Shown: piece after piece, positions 29,954 to 38,686 of the stretch
Position numbering within the stretch: the stretch's first letter is position 1
Layout: the number at the start of each line of letters is the position of its first letter
Made by a program: the position numbers and the translations under genes
From: an uncultured virus (IMG/VR IMGVR_UViG_3300011339_000567)
Lineage: Duplodnaviria > Heunggongvirae > Uroviricota > Caudoviricetes
IMG/VR virus record: IMGVR_UViG_3300011339_000567
Strand: one strand, 5' to 3'
DNA: 64,000 nucleotides
Notes under the pieces: model-generated
Told to the model about the DNA's origin: nothing
What the model saw: the letters and a program-made list of their open reading frames with translations, nothing else
Databases searched by the model: none

Positions 29954-30673
29954 CTACGGATTTTGAAGTGCAATAAATTCAGCAATTTTTAACGCGGCAT
30001 TTGTTTTTTCGCCCATTGTGCCCGCATCGTTATACTGCGCTGCTAGGGCGTTCCAAACAGCAGAGGCCAAGCTTTCCGGCGACAAAACAGACTGCCCTGT
30101 GATGTCCGCTGCTAACTCGCCCGTGGCGTATTTCACACCCGACAACGACCCTGCGCCTGCCAAGTCGGCCTGCACCGAGGCGAATGCCGTAAGAGTAGCA
30201 GCCACCGCACCGTTGCCGGTAAGCTGGTCGCTGAACATGTACAGCGTGCCCAGCAACGTCGGCGGTGGCGCAACACCGCCCGCGCCCGTGATCGCCGCGA
30301 TCAGGTCGGCAATCAGCGTCAAATTGCCGTTCGTGATTTCACCGAAACCTTCCAGAGTAGCGTCAGTCGGCAGCCCGCCAGCTAAGTTTGCGTCTGATGC
30401 AACCCCGTTGCCGTAGATTTGATTGCTGGAGCCGATCTGCCCGGCCTTTTGCGCGATGAACCAAGTCAAGCTGGGATAGCTACCGTTGGGTAAAGAGTAA
30501 AGCTGCAAAGCCTCAGTCGTTTCGGCCTGCAGCATGCGGCTACGCACTCTGCCCGACTGGTTGAAGTTGCTCTGGTTGCCAGCGTGGATCGTGCCGGTTT
30601 GTCCTTGCAAAAAACTGCCGGTGAACTTGAGCGGCAGCTTGTTGAAGTTGCTGTAATTGCCGACCAGTGCCAT
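29954..30673 (-). CDS. Hypothetical structural protein
   Basis: Ala/Gly-rich with LxGxG repeats; C-terminal LASAVWNA..GTMG. Confidence 0.6.
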   Translation of the reverse strand: MALVGNYSNFNKLPLKFTGSFLQGQTGTIHAGNQSNFNQSGRVRSRMLQAETTEALQLYSLPNGSYPSLTWFIAQKAGQIGSSNQIYGNGVASDANLAGGLPTDATLEGFGEITNGNLTLIADLIAAITGAGGVAPPPTLLGTLYMFSDQLTGNGAVAATLTAFASVQADLAGAGSLSGVKYATGELAADITGQSVLSPESLASAVWNALAAQYNDAGTMGEKTNAALKIAEFIALQNP

Positions 30674-30674
30674 A

Positions 30675-31796
30675 TCAGCCCCAGGCCACATCAAGCGAGC
30701 CGTAAAAGGCACTGTTAGCCGGCGTCAATGCACCTGCGTACATCAACCACTGCAAGTTGGCCCCGTCAAAAATTCTAGGCATGGATGGCAGTTGGTTGAC
30801 CAAATCGCGCTCACTTGCCACGCCGACCGTTGTGATGGGCATCGTAAAAATGGGTTTGGCAAGAATGACGCTGAGACAGCCCGAGGTCATTGTCGCCGAC
30901 AGGTTGATAGACTGCACAGACCGAATGCCTGCGTCACCCGATGCCAGTGGCATAAAGGGGCCGTACTTGCCCGCGCCGGTACCGCTGTACACCACTGCGC
31001 CGACAGGCGCTGCCGTGTTGGCCGTTGGAAGTAAAGGGCTTGCAGGAGTCAGTCGGCCCGACGTGCCGTCCGCATTGGTGTAGCTCATCTGAATTGTTGG
31101 CGTACCTGCACCCATAGCGACAGTTGGCACAATAAATGCCTGCACGCCAGCGCCCGTGTTGTACCGAGGCAGGTTCTGTGTGCCGGTGAAAGACTGCGCA
31201 CCGGTTGTAGTGACCGACGAAACAGTAAACATCGCCACTTGGTCAACCAGCATCAACACGGCAGGAGCGGTGGTTACGGCGCTTGAAAAGATTGATGCGT
31301 TAAGCACGTTTTTAATGTTGGGCGCGACATTGCCGCCTGTGTAAATGCCGTTTGCTGCCGCGCTGCCGCTGATTGTTTGCGCAGTGACAGTCTGAGAGAC
31401 CGAGACGTTGTACGTGCCGCCGTTGTTTGCCCCGGTGCCGGTGCCCAAGCTGGTGATAAAAGTGCCCGCAGCCACGCCTGTACCGCTGAGCAGCATGCCG
31501 ACGGTAAAGCGGTTGACGCCGTGAACGGTGTCCGTGAACACAGTGCCTGTAATTGAACCGCCCAAAGCCGCGGTGTTTGCTGTGATGCTGGTGGTATCAG
31601 ACAGCGCCTGAAAGGACAGATTGGCCGTGGCCCCTACTAATGAGTTTTGAAACGGGTTACCCGCGCCAGTGCTCAGGTCATACCACTGGCCAGCCACATG
31701 CGCAAAGCCGGGCAGCGTGTTTTTGTTCCAGTCGGTGCGGTTGAATTGCCCGCCAGTAATGGCCGCGATGATTTGATCCATTGATTGCAAGGCCAT
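30675..31796 (-). CDS. Beta-rich structural protein (paralog A)
   Basis: 373 aa; shares LPRY..G.GV, PF..LA.GD.G.R...S and KP[IL] motifs with the next gene. Confidence 0.7.
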   Translation of the reverse strand: MALQSMDQIIAAITGGQFNRTDWNKNTLPGFAHVAGQWYDLSTGAGNPFQNSLVGATANLSFQALSDTTSITANTAALGGSITGTVFTDTVHGVNRFTVGMLLSGTGVAAGTFITSLGTGTGANNGGTYNVSVSQTVTAQTISGSAAANGIYTGGNVAPNIKNVLNASIFSSAVTTAPAVLMLVDQVAMFTVSSVTTTGAQSFTGTQNLPRYNTGAGVQAFIVPTVAMGAGTPTIQMSYTNADGTSGRLTPASPLLPTANTAAPVGAVVYSGTGAGKYGPFMPLASGDAGIRSVQSINLSATMTSGCLSVILAKPIFTMPITTVGVASERDLVNQLPSMPRIFDGANLQWLMYAGALTPANSAFYGSLDVAWG

Positions 31797-31799
31797 GAT

Positions 31800-32672
31800 T
31801 TATCCCCAAACAGTTTGAATTGTTCCGATGAACGACGACTGGTTTGTTTGAGAAGAGCCGGAGTTCATCAAAATCGAAAGATACGCGTCGTCCTCAATGA
31901 CGGGCAGGTCAAAAAAGTCGGTCACAGGGGTGCGCTCCCCTGTCGTGTTTTCGCGCAAAATGATCTGCTCTAAAGGCTTGACCAGCACAAAGGCCAGCAA
32001 CCCAATGTCGGCACTGTCAAAAGTAACTGACTCAATTGTCCGAACACCCGTGTCGCCACGCGCTAATGTCAAGAAAGGATAGTTGCTGTTTGGCATGGCG
32101 ATGTTGTTGGTGTTGCCGGTCGCCAATTGACCGGTCAAATTTGCCGAGCCGCAGGTCTGCGTGGGGCTCGTTCTCAGCAGCTCATCTTGGTTAATGTAGG
32201 TAAAGCGAAAAGTCGGGCTGCCACTGCCCAGCAAGCCCGCCATCTGCACAGCCATGACGCTGACCCCTTTGCCGCTTGTGTAACGTGGCAAACCCTCCCC
32301 TTGATTCATAAACTGCTCGTCTGTGTTGCCTGCGTCAATGAAGGGGTAGTAGTATAAATAGTCCATCAGAATCATTGGCCCGGCGCAAAACTGCTGAATC
32401 GAAGGCGTGACGGTGAGCGTTTTCAAGTACGTTTTATAGCCAAGCCCGGCTACGGGTTGATTGTGCGGAATGCCGCCATGCACTGACTGGCGAAGCTGTG
32501 CTCCGCTAAGGGCCGATGATGCATAGTAAAAAGGCAGCGGGTTGCCGGGGCTCAGCGTTACGTCGAACCAACTGTTGTTTGCTGTAGGGATGAGCTGCTT
32601 ACGAAAGCCACCAATAAAGGTTTGCCCCGCCTCCTCTGCGTCAACCAAGTCTTTGTACGAACGGATGGCCAC
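31800..32672 (-). CDS. Beta-rich structural protein (paralog B)
   Basis: Probable GTG start (VAIRSYKDL, aligning to MALQSMDQI) overlapping the upstream TAG. Confidence 0.7.
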   Translation of the reverse strand: MAIRSYKDLVDAEEAGQTFIGGFRKQLIPTANNSWFDVTLSPGNPLPFYYASSALSGAQLRQSVHGGIPHNQPVAGLGYKTYLKTLTVTPSIQQFCAGPMILMDYLYYYPFIDAGNTDEQFMNQGEGLPRYTSGKGVSVMAVQMAGLLGSGSPTFRFTYINQDELLRTSPTQTCGSANLTGQLATGNTNNIAMPNSNYPFLTLARGDTGVRTIESVTFDSADIGLLAFVLVKPLEQIILRENTTGERTPVTDFFDLPVIEDDAYLSILMNSGSSQTNQSSFIGTIQTVWG

Positions 32673-32842
32673 TACTTGACCTCTGATGTCCCGCGCACGA
32701 TTGCCGTCATGTTTGCCAAGACTGCCGCATCCGTGTGACCACAAGGCTTGTAAATAACACCCCCGACCAAGAATACAGGTTCACCGCATTTAGCGCATTC
32801 GTATAAAGGCGGATCACCTTTGGCAAGGTTGGGCTGCTGCAT
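32672..32842 (-). CDS. 56-aa Zn-ribbon-like protein
   Basis: MQQPN...YECAKCGEPV...KPCGH; fills the gap between structural genes. Confidence 0.6.
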   Translation of the reverse strand: MQQPNLAKGDPPLYECAKCGEPVFLVGGVIYKPCGHTDAAVLANMTAIVRGTSEVK

Positions 32843-33274
32843 TTAGGTCTCCGTGACGGTCAGTGCCGAAGCGTTGAATTGCGGCTGGATGCCGGAGGCA
32901 ACGGCCAGCGAGGAGTTGAGCGGACCCGAATAAAGCACATTACCCACACCTGTTAAGGCGGTTCCAATAGCAACGTACGTCAGCGTAGCGCCCGTAGCGC
33001 CGCACTGAGCAAACTGAACCAAAGCCGCATTAACTGCCGTGTTGGTTGAAACCGTCCATCCTGATGTTGTGCGTACAACTGCAACACGCGCATAGTTGGT
33101 GTACCCCGTTTCATTGGTTAACTGGCTGTTGCCCACTCCGGGGTCAGCCGTGTGCAAACTCAAATACAGACTCGTGTAGGGCGATGCCGCGGCGTTATCC
33201 GCCATATTTGCCCAAGCCGTTCCATTAAAAATTAACTTGAGCAAGTTGTTGCATGTGCTGGTTGACTTTGCCAT
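32843..33274 (-). CDS. Structural protein (distant relative of the 24684/25864 family)
   Basis: LYLSLHTADPG...NETGYTNYARVAV. Confidence 0.65.
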   Translation of the reverse strand: MAKSTSTCNNLLKLIFNGTAWANMADNAAASPYTSLYLSLHTADPGVGNSQLTNETGYTNYARVAVVRTTSGWTVSTNTAVNAALVQFAQCGATGATLTYVAIGTALTGVGNVLYSGPLNSSLAVASGIQPQFNASALTVTET

Positions 33275-33283
33275 TTTTAGTCC

Positions 33284-33541
33284 TCAAAAGCCTTGTATTT
33301 TCTGAAACTCGGCGTAGTTCAAAGTTGCCCGGTTTTCCCAAGCTGTGCCATACGTGCTGTAGCTGGCGTTGTTGCTGATGTTTGCATAGAGCATAGCGCC
33401 CGTAGAGGCGTTGTATTTTTGAACCAACCAAATGCCGTTCTCTAGCGTTTTCCCTATGTAGTAAACCGTTCCTGACTGATCAAAGTTATTGAGATAGTAG
33501 GTGTTCCCCGGATTAATGTGAACAACGCCACTGACGCCCAT
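33284..33541 (-). CDS. Hypothetical protein
   Basis: 85 aa, YYIGK...W..QK...AWENRATLNY. Confidence 0.6.
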   Translation of the reverse strand: MGVSGVVHINPGNTYYLNNFDQSGTVYYIGKTLENGIWLVQKYNASTGAMLYANISNNASYSTYGTAWENRATLNYAEFQKIQGF

Positions 33542-33542
33542 T

Positions 33543-34079
33543 TCACCCTACCAGCGAGGCTGCAAACTTCTGGGCCTGTTCGCGCAGTGCCGCCAGCTTG
33601 GCTTCGAGCGCGGCGACGTCGGACTTCAAGCGCTCTTCGTACTCTTCCTGACCTTTTAGCGTAGCGTCAAAGCGGGTGTTAGCCGCGTCTGCCGCAGCGG
33701 CGACTTCCGCAATCTTGGCCTCAGAATCTGCCACGGCTTTCTTGGTACGGTCGGCAACGGCTGCTTTGATGGCCTTCACTTCCGCGTCGGCCTGTGCTTT
33801 TGCGTCGGCAATGTCTGCCAGTACTTTTGCCTTGGCTTGCGCGGCGGCTGCGTCGTTTTCAGTGATCGCGGCTTTACTGGTCTCTACCGCTGCTTTCAAC
33901 GGCTCCAGAGCGGCTTTAAGCGCTTCCACTTCTTTCTCGATGTGGTCTTTAAACTTGAGGGCGTTGCTCAGCACATCAAACACCTCGCCTGCTTGGTTCA
34001 GCGCAACAACCGCTGGAGAAAAGAAGTTAATGGCCCCGGTCAGCGCGGCGGAGGCTTTGTCAATGTCTTGTTTGTTCAT
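33543..34079 (-). CDS. Coiled-coil protein
   Basis: 178 aa Ala/Lys-rich heptads. Confidence 0.65.
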   Translation of the reverse strand: MNKQDIDKASAALTGAINFFSPAVVALNQAGEVFDVLSNALKFKDHIEKEVEALKAALEPLKAAVETSKAAITENDAAAAQAKAKVLADIADAKAQADAEVKAIKAAVADRTKKAVADSEAKIAEVAAAADAANTRFDATLKGQEEYEERLKSDVAALEAKLAALREQAQKFAASLVG

Positions 34080-34080
34080 T

Positions 34081-34410
34081 TTAAAACCCCGCTTGAATTA
34101 CGGTCATGGTCACAGAACCCGAAGTCCACGCCGTCACCGTCAGGCGAACCGCAGTGACAGGGTACGCGTAGTTGCCGTCTTTGTCGGCTGTCTGCGCCAC
34201 AATTGTCGAGTTTGAAAACCACGTTGCCGTGGCCGCGCTAAAAGTCGGGCTTTGGACATCATCAAACGTGTGTTGAACCGTGTAGGTTAATGTGCCCCCC
34301 GCAGACACATCGCAGCCAATCCCCACATTAAAGGGAACGCCGTAGGTATTGAGCGGGATTACGGAAGACGAGGCAACCGAACCAACAGTGACCTTTACTG
34401 GACGTGCCAT
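34081..34410 (-). CDS. Small beta-rich virion protein
   Basis: 109 aa, YTVQHTFDD...PVTAVRL; AGGAG RBS. Confidence 0.65.
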   Translation of the reverse strand: MARPVKVTVGSVASSSVIPLNTYGVPFNVGIGCDVSAGGTLTYTVQHTFDDVQSPTFSAATATWFSNSTIVAQTADKDGNYAYPVTAVRLTVTAWTSGSVTMTVIQAGF

Positions 34411-34422
34411 ACATGGCTCCTA

Positions 34423-34887
34423 TCAAGCAGAAACAGGAATGTAGGAACCGTCAGGGTTGCGCACAACGTACATGATAAGCACGGTTGCTGCGCCGGTGGT
34501 CAAAGATGTGCCCGTCATGGCGTATGTCACTTGCGCATCCGTTGCACCCACGTTGAGCCAACCGCCGGGGGTAGTTGCATTAGCGTTCAGGTTGACGCTA
34601 CCAACACTGGTGATCGTGCCCGTGGTTGTGAAATCTACGCCGCCGATGCTCAGCTTGAGTGTGGTCGCTGCGCTGAAAACCGTTGTGGTCACAATCGTGA
34701 CGTGTGTCACTTGCGCTCCGGCAGGCAGTACAAACGCATTGCCCGTCAGCGTGCCGAATACGACGTTTACAGACTGATTGACGACGGTAGCACCCAGATT
34801 GCGAACTTGGCCTAGTGCAGCGTTAGTACCTGTGGTGTCTTTAACTGTGCCCAACAGCCAAGGACCGAGACGTGTTGCTAAACCCAT
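34423..34887 (-). CDS. Probable capsid-associated/decoration protein
   Basis: 154 aa, LPAGAQV..V...TVF motif; follows the major capsid gene; AAGGAG RBS. Confidence 0.6.
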   Translation of the reverse strand: MGLATRLGPWLLGTVKDTTGTNAALGQVRNLGATVVNQSVNVVFGTLTGNAFVLPAGAQVTHVTIVTTTVFSAATTLKLSIGGVDFTTTGTITSVGSVNLNANATTPGGWLNVGATDAQVTYAMTGTSLTTGAATVLIMYVVRNPDGSYIPVSA

Positions 34888-34976
34888 AATGTGCTCCTTA
34901 CATACAAGACAGGCGCATCAATCGGTATGTCATCTGCCGGGACAGTTTGATGCACCGGAAGACCCGGAATGTCTGC

Positions 34977-35004
34977 AATATACACCTTTTTTGCGGCTTG
35001 TCAA
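34977..35004 (-). promoter_or_regulatory. Sigma70-like promoter
   Basis: TTGACA-16 nt-TATATT on the minus strand, just after the capsid terminator. Confidence 0.65.
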
Positions 35005-35008
35005 CAAT

Positions 35009-35030
35009 AAAAAAGGGGGCCGAAGCCCCC
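35009..35030 (-). terminator. Intrinsic terminator after major capsid gene
   Basis: GGGGGC-TTCG-GCCCCC followed by T6 on the minus strand. Confidence 0.85.
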
Positions 35031-35068
35031 ACTCGCATAGCCCGCTTGTGGCGAGCTACTGGTCCAAC

Positions 35069-36001
35069 TTAGGACGAACCGGACGAGCCCCATGCGCCCA
35101 GCGGATCGCTCCAGCCGAAGCTGTAACGCTCGCGGGACTTGTAACGGACGTTGCCCGTGTCAAAGTCGCCGTCCATCGAGTTGGTCAGAGCAGTACGCTC
35201 GAAGTGCTTCAGGCCATTTGGCACATCAGTCATCAAGAACCAAGCATTGGTGTCGGTCAAGAAGTGGTTGATGGCATAGCCTTCAGGGATCGAACCGTTG
35301 TTCTTGATCGCGTTGATGTCGTTGTCAGCAGTGCCAACGCGGAGGTTGGTTTCCAACAGACGAGTCGCAACGAATTGCAGAGCAGGCGGAACAATCATCT
35401 TGCGTGGTTTGGCTGCGATCAGCAGGCCGCGCTCATCAGTCCATGCAGCGATCTGGATCACAGCATTTTCCAACGAGGTCTCGTTCAGATCAACACCAGT
35501 GGTTGGGCTGTTGAAGTTAACGCCGCCGTTGACGAGTGGGTGACCCACGCGTGCGCTGGAAGAGTTGACGCCAAACAGTGACACACCGTCACCGCCGAGG
35601 TACGAACCGCTGAAGCCATTGTTGATGACGCCAGCAGCTTTAACCTGCTTGGTGTAGGCCATAGCGCGAGCCAGACCTTTGGTGTAACGAGCCGACAAAG
35701 AGTCGTACAAGTTATCTTCGACCGCTTCTTCAGTGATCGAGAAGCCCAGAGCGATGGTCTCGTGGCTGTAACGTGCAGTGAAGGCTTCTTGCGCATTGTC
35801 ATAAGCAATGGCTTGGCCCTCGTTCTTCACTGGTGCAGCACCGAAGCCGGACAGCTTGGTTTCTTCTTCAAACGAGCGCTCTGATTTCTCAGTCTCGTAG
35901 ATTTCCTTGTGCTCTTCGCCGTAGCGAGCGTATTCCAGACCAAACAGTGCGTTCAGGCCGGGGAGCAGTTCTTTAAGTAGTTGTGCGCGTGAAATAGCCA
36001 T
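35069..36001 (-). CDS. Major capsid protein (Mu gpT-like family)
   Basis: MAISRAQLLKELLPGLNALFG...SERSFEEE...DFDTGNVRYKSRERYSFGWSDP; follows scaffold. Confidence 0.9.
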   Translation of the reverse strand: MAISRAQLLKELLPGLNALFGLEYARYGEEHKEIYETEKSERSFEEETKLSGFGAAPVKNEGQAIAYDNAQEAFTARYSHETIALGFSITEEAVEDNLYDSLSARYTKGLARAMAYTKQVKAAGVINNGFSGSYLGGDGVSLFGVNSSSARVGHPLVNGGVNFNSPTTGVDLNETSLENAVIQIAAWTDERGLLIAAKPRKMIVPPALQFVATRLLETNLRVGTADNDINAIKNNGSIPEGYAINHFLTDTNAWFLMTDVPNGLKHFERTALTNSMDGDFDTGNVRYKSRERYSFGWSDPLGAWGSSGSS

Positions 36002-36013
36002 GATTTAGCTCCT

Positions 36014-36655
36014 TTACAGACCAACAGCGTTGCTGTAAGAATGGTATCCGGGGTTGAACTTCACCAGAATGTCAGTAAATGCGTCACCCACGGTCGAGAA
36101 GCCCTGCATGTTTACGAAGCCAACGACGCGGAAAGCGGCAGTGGTAGTGACAGCAGAAGAACCAGCTACAACAGCCGTATTCGAGTTACCAGTGGTAGTC
36201 GAACCAGTCGAAGTGCTTTGCACCGCGTTCAGGAACACGTTTGCACCCAGAGCAGCTTGCGTGACAGAGCCAGCAGACTGAACTTGGAACACAGCACGGT
36301 CGTCGTCAATAACGTAAGCAGTGATGGCAGTGCCAGCAGGAGCAACGTAGTTGGCGGGGTAGTACTGAGCGTAGATTACCTGACCTTGCGAGTTCACGTA
36401 GGAGCAGCCGACGAAAACGCCGACGCAACCAGTGTTAGCTGTACCAGTGGGAAAACCATTGGTTGTAGCATCTGCACCAGTCGAGGTAGCAATGTTGATA
36501 AAACCAGAAGTGTTTACGAAGACCAGCGATCCGTTAAAGATGTTGGTGTTGTAACCCGCTGGGTCGATCAGAAACTGACGCGTGCTACCAGCATAAGGTA
36601 GACCGCCCAGTTCGTTTACGGCTCGAAAGCCGTAGGGGGTAGCAGTTGATGCCAT
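36014..36655 (-). CDS. Capsid cement/decoration protein
   Basis: 213 aa; PYGFR, GVFVGCSY, DD..VFQVQ; immediately upstream of the capsid gene. Confidence 0.65.
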   Translation of the reverse strand: MASTATPYGFRAVNELGGLPYAGSTRQFLIDPAGYNTNIFNGSLVFVNTSGFINIATSTGADATTNGFPTGTANTGCVGVFVGCSYVNSQGQVIYAQYYPANYVAPAGTAITAYVIDDDRAVFQVQSAGSVTQAALGANVFLNAVQSTSTGSTTTGNSNTAVVAGSSAVTTTAAFRVVGFVNMQGFSTVGDAFTDILVKFNPGYHSYSNAVGL

Positions 36656-36666
36656 GAGGCACTCCT

Positions 36667-37119
36667 TTATTTAGAACCTGAACCAAATCCTTGTCCGCGA
36701 CTGGATGTTGACTTGCGGTCAGCAAACAGCGGCATTCGAGGGTCATTATTTCGCATAAAGTGGTTGTCCACGGAGTCCATCTGGTTCTGAGCCTGCTGGT
36801 TGAAGTATTCATCACGGGACCGAGCCATTTCGGCGGACATCTTGCAGAGCATGAGGCCACCAATTTCGACGTTCCCAGTTTTGTCACTGCCTACCAGCAT
36901 CAGTTCTGGATGGTCTACCGCTTTGACCGGCACCCAGCCTTCGCGCATCTTGCGAGACACGTTAGTTGGGTTTGCTTCACCGAGCAGATGCGTCATGATC
37001 CAGCGGTACACATAACCCGGCTCTGGAGTCGGATCAGGCAGCGCCGAAGGTGGCACATATACAGGACGAGCGGTTTTGTCGCGTGACACGAGATCACGAG
37101 GGGTACGATTTTCAGCCAT
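36667..37119 (-). CDS. Conserved head-module protein
   Basis: PPSALP.P.PEPGY.YRWI...REGWVPV...GGLMLCKM. Confidence 0.7.
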   Translation of the reverse strand: MAENRTPRDLVSRDKTARPVYVPPSALPDPTPEPGYVYRWIMTHLLGEANPTNVSRKMREGWVPVKAVDHPELMLVGSDKTGNVEIGGLMLCKMSAEMARSRDEYFNQQAQNQMDSVDNHFMRNNDPRMPLFADRKSTSSRGQGFGSGSK

Positions 37120-38056
37120 TATTTCTCTCCAATTTTGCAACTTCAGCAGCATACTGCTGCGGGGTTAATCCGTACTTTTTTGCCAGCGCAATTTGCGTAG
37201 GCGTAAGTTGAATTTTCTTTGCGCCCGAAGAACGAGCTGCGGGAGCAACAACCGAGGTTGGCCGTTTTGGGGAGTCAGCCGCCTTTCGATCTTCGACATC
37301 GCCAAAGACTTCAGGAAACGTAGACTTCACGCGAGCATCAATCCGCTCGAAATATTCACTGCTGCGGGGATCGACCCCGTTGTTGACTAGCTTCTGGTGC
37401 AGCCCTAGTGCAAAGCTGGTAACTTCTTCGAACCCCTCGGCCCCGAACCACTGGTTTTTGGCCTGCCAGCGCAGGGTTTTTTCGTCGGGTTGCACCGGTT
37501 GGGGTGCGGGTTGCCTAGTTTGTACAGCAGTTTCTTCCTGTTGTAAAGCGGTTGGCCGAAAGTTTTTTACTGACGCCATCTTCATCTTGGCTTCGGTCAG
37601 TGCTTCCTGCGCCGCAATGATGCCATCCGTGTCAAACGCTTCCTGCGCCACTTTGTAATCGCGGCGGGCTTTGTCCAACTCGGCTTCGGCGGCTTGTTTG
37701 GCCATCTCCCCATACTGCTGGGAGCCGTTGTCCACATACTGTTTGAGCTTTTGGTTCTCCGAGTGCATGTGTTGTGCAATGCGCTCAAGCTCCTGCTTTT
37801 CCCGCTGAAGGGCTTCTTTGGCTCGGCGCTCGTCGTGACGGGCGTGGGTCAGCTCCTTGATGCGCTCCTGAGCACCTTTGGTGTAGGTCTCAATCTCCGC
37901 ATCTGTGGGGTCGGCCACCTCCCGGTCCAAGGGTTTTCGTCCCTTGTCGCGCTCGGGCGTGTCATCGACGATCTCGATTTCGACATCGCCGTCTTCTTGT
38001 TGCGAAACTACAACAGTTTCGTCCTGTTCGTCAGGAAATTTAAATTCACCTGCCAT
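37112..38056 (-). CDS. Capsid scaffolding protein
   Basis: Acidic N-terminus, coiled coil, W..KN.WFG, C-terminal LTPTQIALAKKYGLTPQQYA. Confidence 0.7.
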   Translation of the reverse strand: MAGEFKFPDEQDETVVVSQQEDGDVEIEIVDDTPERDKGRKPLDREVADPTDAEIETYTKGAQERIKELTHARHDERRAKEALQREKQELERIAQHMHSENQKLKQYVDNGSQQYGEMAKQAAEAELDKARRDYKVAQEAFDTDGIIAAQEALTEAKMKMASVKNFRPTALQQEETAVQTRQPAPQPVQPDEKTLRWQAKNQWFGAEGFEEVTSFALGLHQKLVNNGVDPRSSEYFERIDARVKSTFPEVFGDVEDRKAADSPKRPTSVVAPAARSSGAKKIQLTPTQIALAKKYGLTPQQYAAEVAKLERNNG

Positions 38057-38067
38057 TTACTGCTCCT

Positions 38068-38499
38068 TCAAGCGCGGGTAAGTCCGCGAGGGTCTTGCAC
38101 AACTGCTTCGATCATGTCGTCGTTTATGACTCGAAACTCTTTTCCGTAGATTTTGAATCGCGTACCGGAATACGTACGCACGAGTACAAAGTCGCCTTTC
38201 TTGCACCACGGGCCACCGGGGAACTTGGCTGCGTCTTTGTACGCGTCAGGTCCGATCTTCATGACAAACAGCACGGTTGTGGCGTGCTCTTCTTGTTTCA
38301 TGAACTGACCGGCTTTGACAATTGAGGAGTTCTCAAATGTCTCAACAACGTCGGGCACCGCGCAGAGTATCTTCCAACCTGTAGGGTCGGGAAGCTGTCG
38401 GGCCTTTTCTCCATCTGTTGCTTCCGGGGCCGGGGCCTCAGTCGGTTGGATGGCTTCTGGTAGGGCAAATGTGCCCGGCTCAAGACTAAGTTCACTCAT
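38068..38499 (-). CDS. groES: GroES-like co-chaperonin
   Basis: LPDPTGWKIL...VMKIGPDAY...WCKKGDFVL..YSGTRFKI.GKEFRVINDDMIEAVV. Confidence 0.85.
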   Translation of the reverse strand: MSELSLEPGTFALPEAIQPTEAPAPEATDGEKARQLPDPTGWKILCAVPDVVETFENSSIVKAGQFMKQEEHATTVLFVMKIGPDAYKDAAKFPGGPWCKKGDFVLVRTYSGTRFKIYGKEFRVINDDMIEAVVQDPRGLTRA

Positions 38500-38686
38500 C
38501 TGATTGTTCAACTTTCTGTGCAAGGTCAATTACATAGCGCTCTGCGATAGCCAGACCCTGAATGGTTCCGCAGAGTTTTTGATATTCCTCAAATGAGCGA
38601 CATGCTCCGCTGGCGGCGTCGTCAGCGTAGTTGTTCATGTCTTTGCGTATTTGTTCGCGCAATACGCGTGCGAAGTCTTGAATCAT
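38492..38686 (-). CDS. Hypothetical protein
   Basis: 64 aa between portal and GroES; EEYQKLCGTIQGL. Confidence 0.7.
   Translation of the reverse strand: MIQDFARVLREQIRKDMNNYADDAASGACRSFEEYQKLCGTIQGLAIAERYVIDLAQKVEQSDE

Noticed and set aside
34900..34970. HDV-like ribozyme
   Set aside because: No P1/P1' pairing in the order required by the HDV fold; kept only as a generic structured leader.
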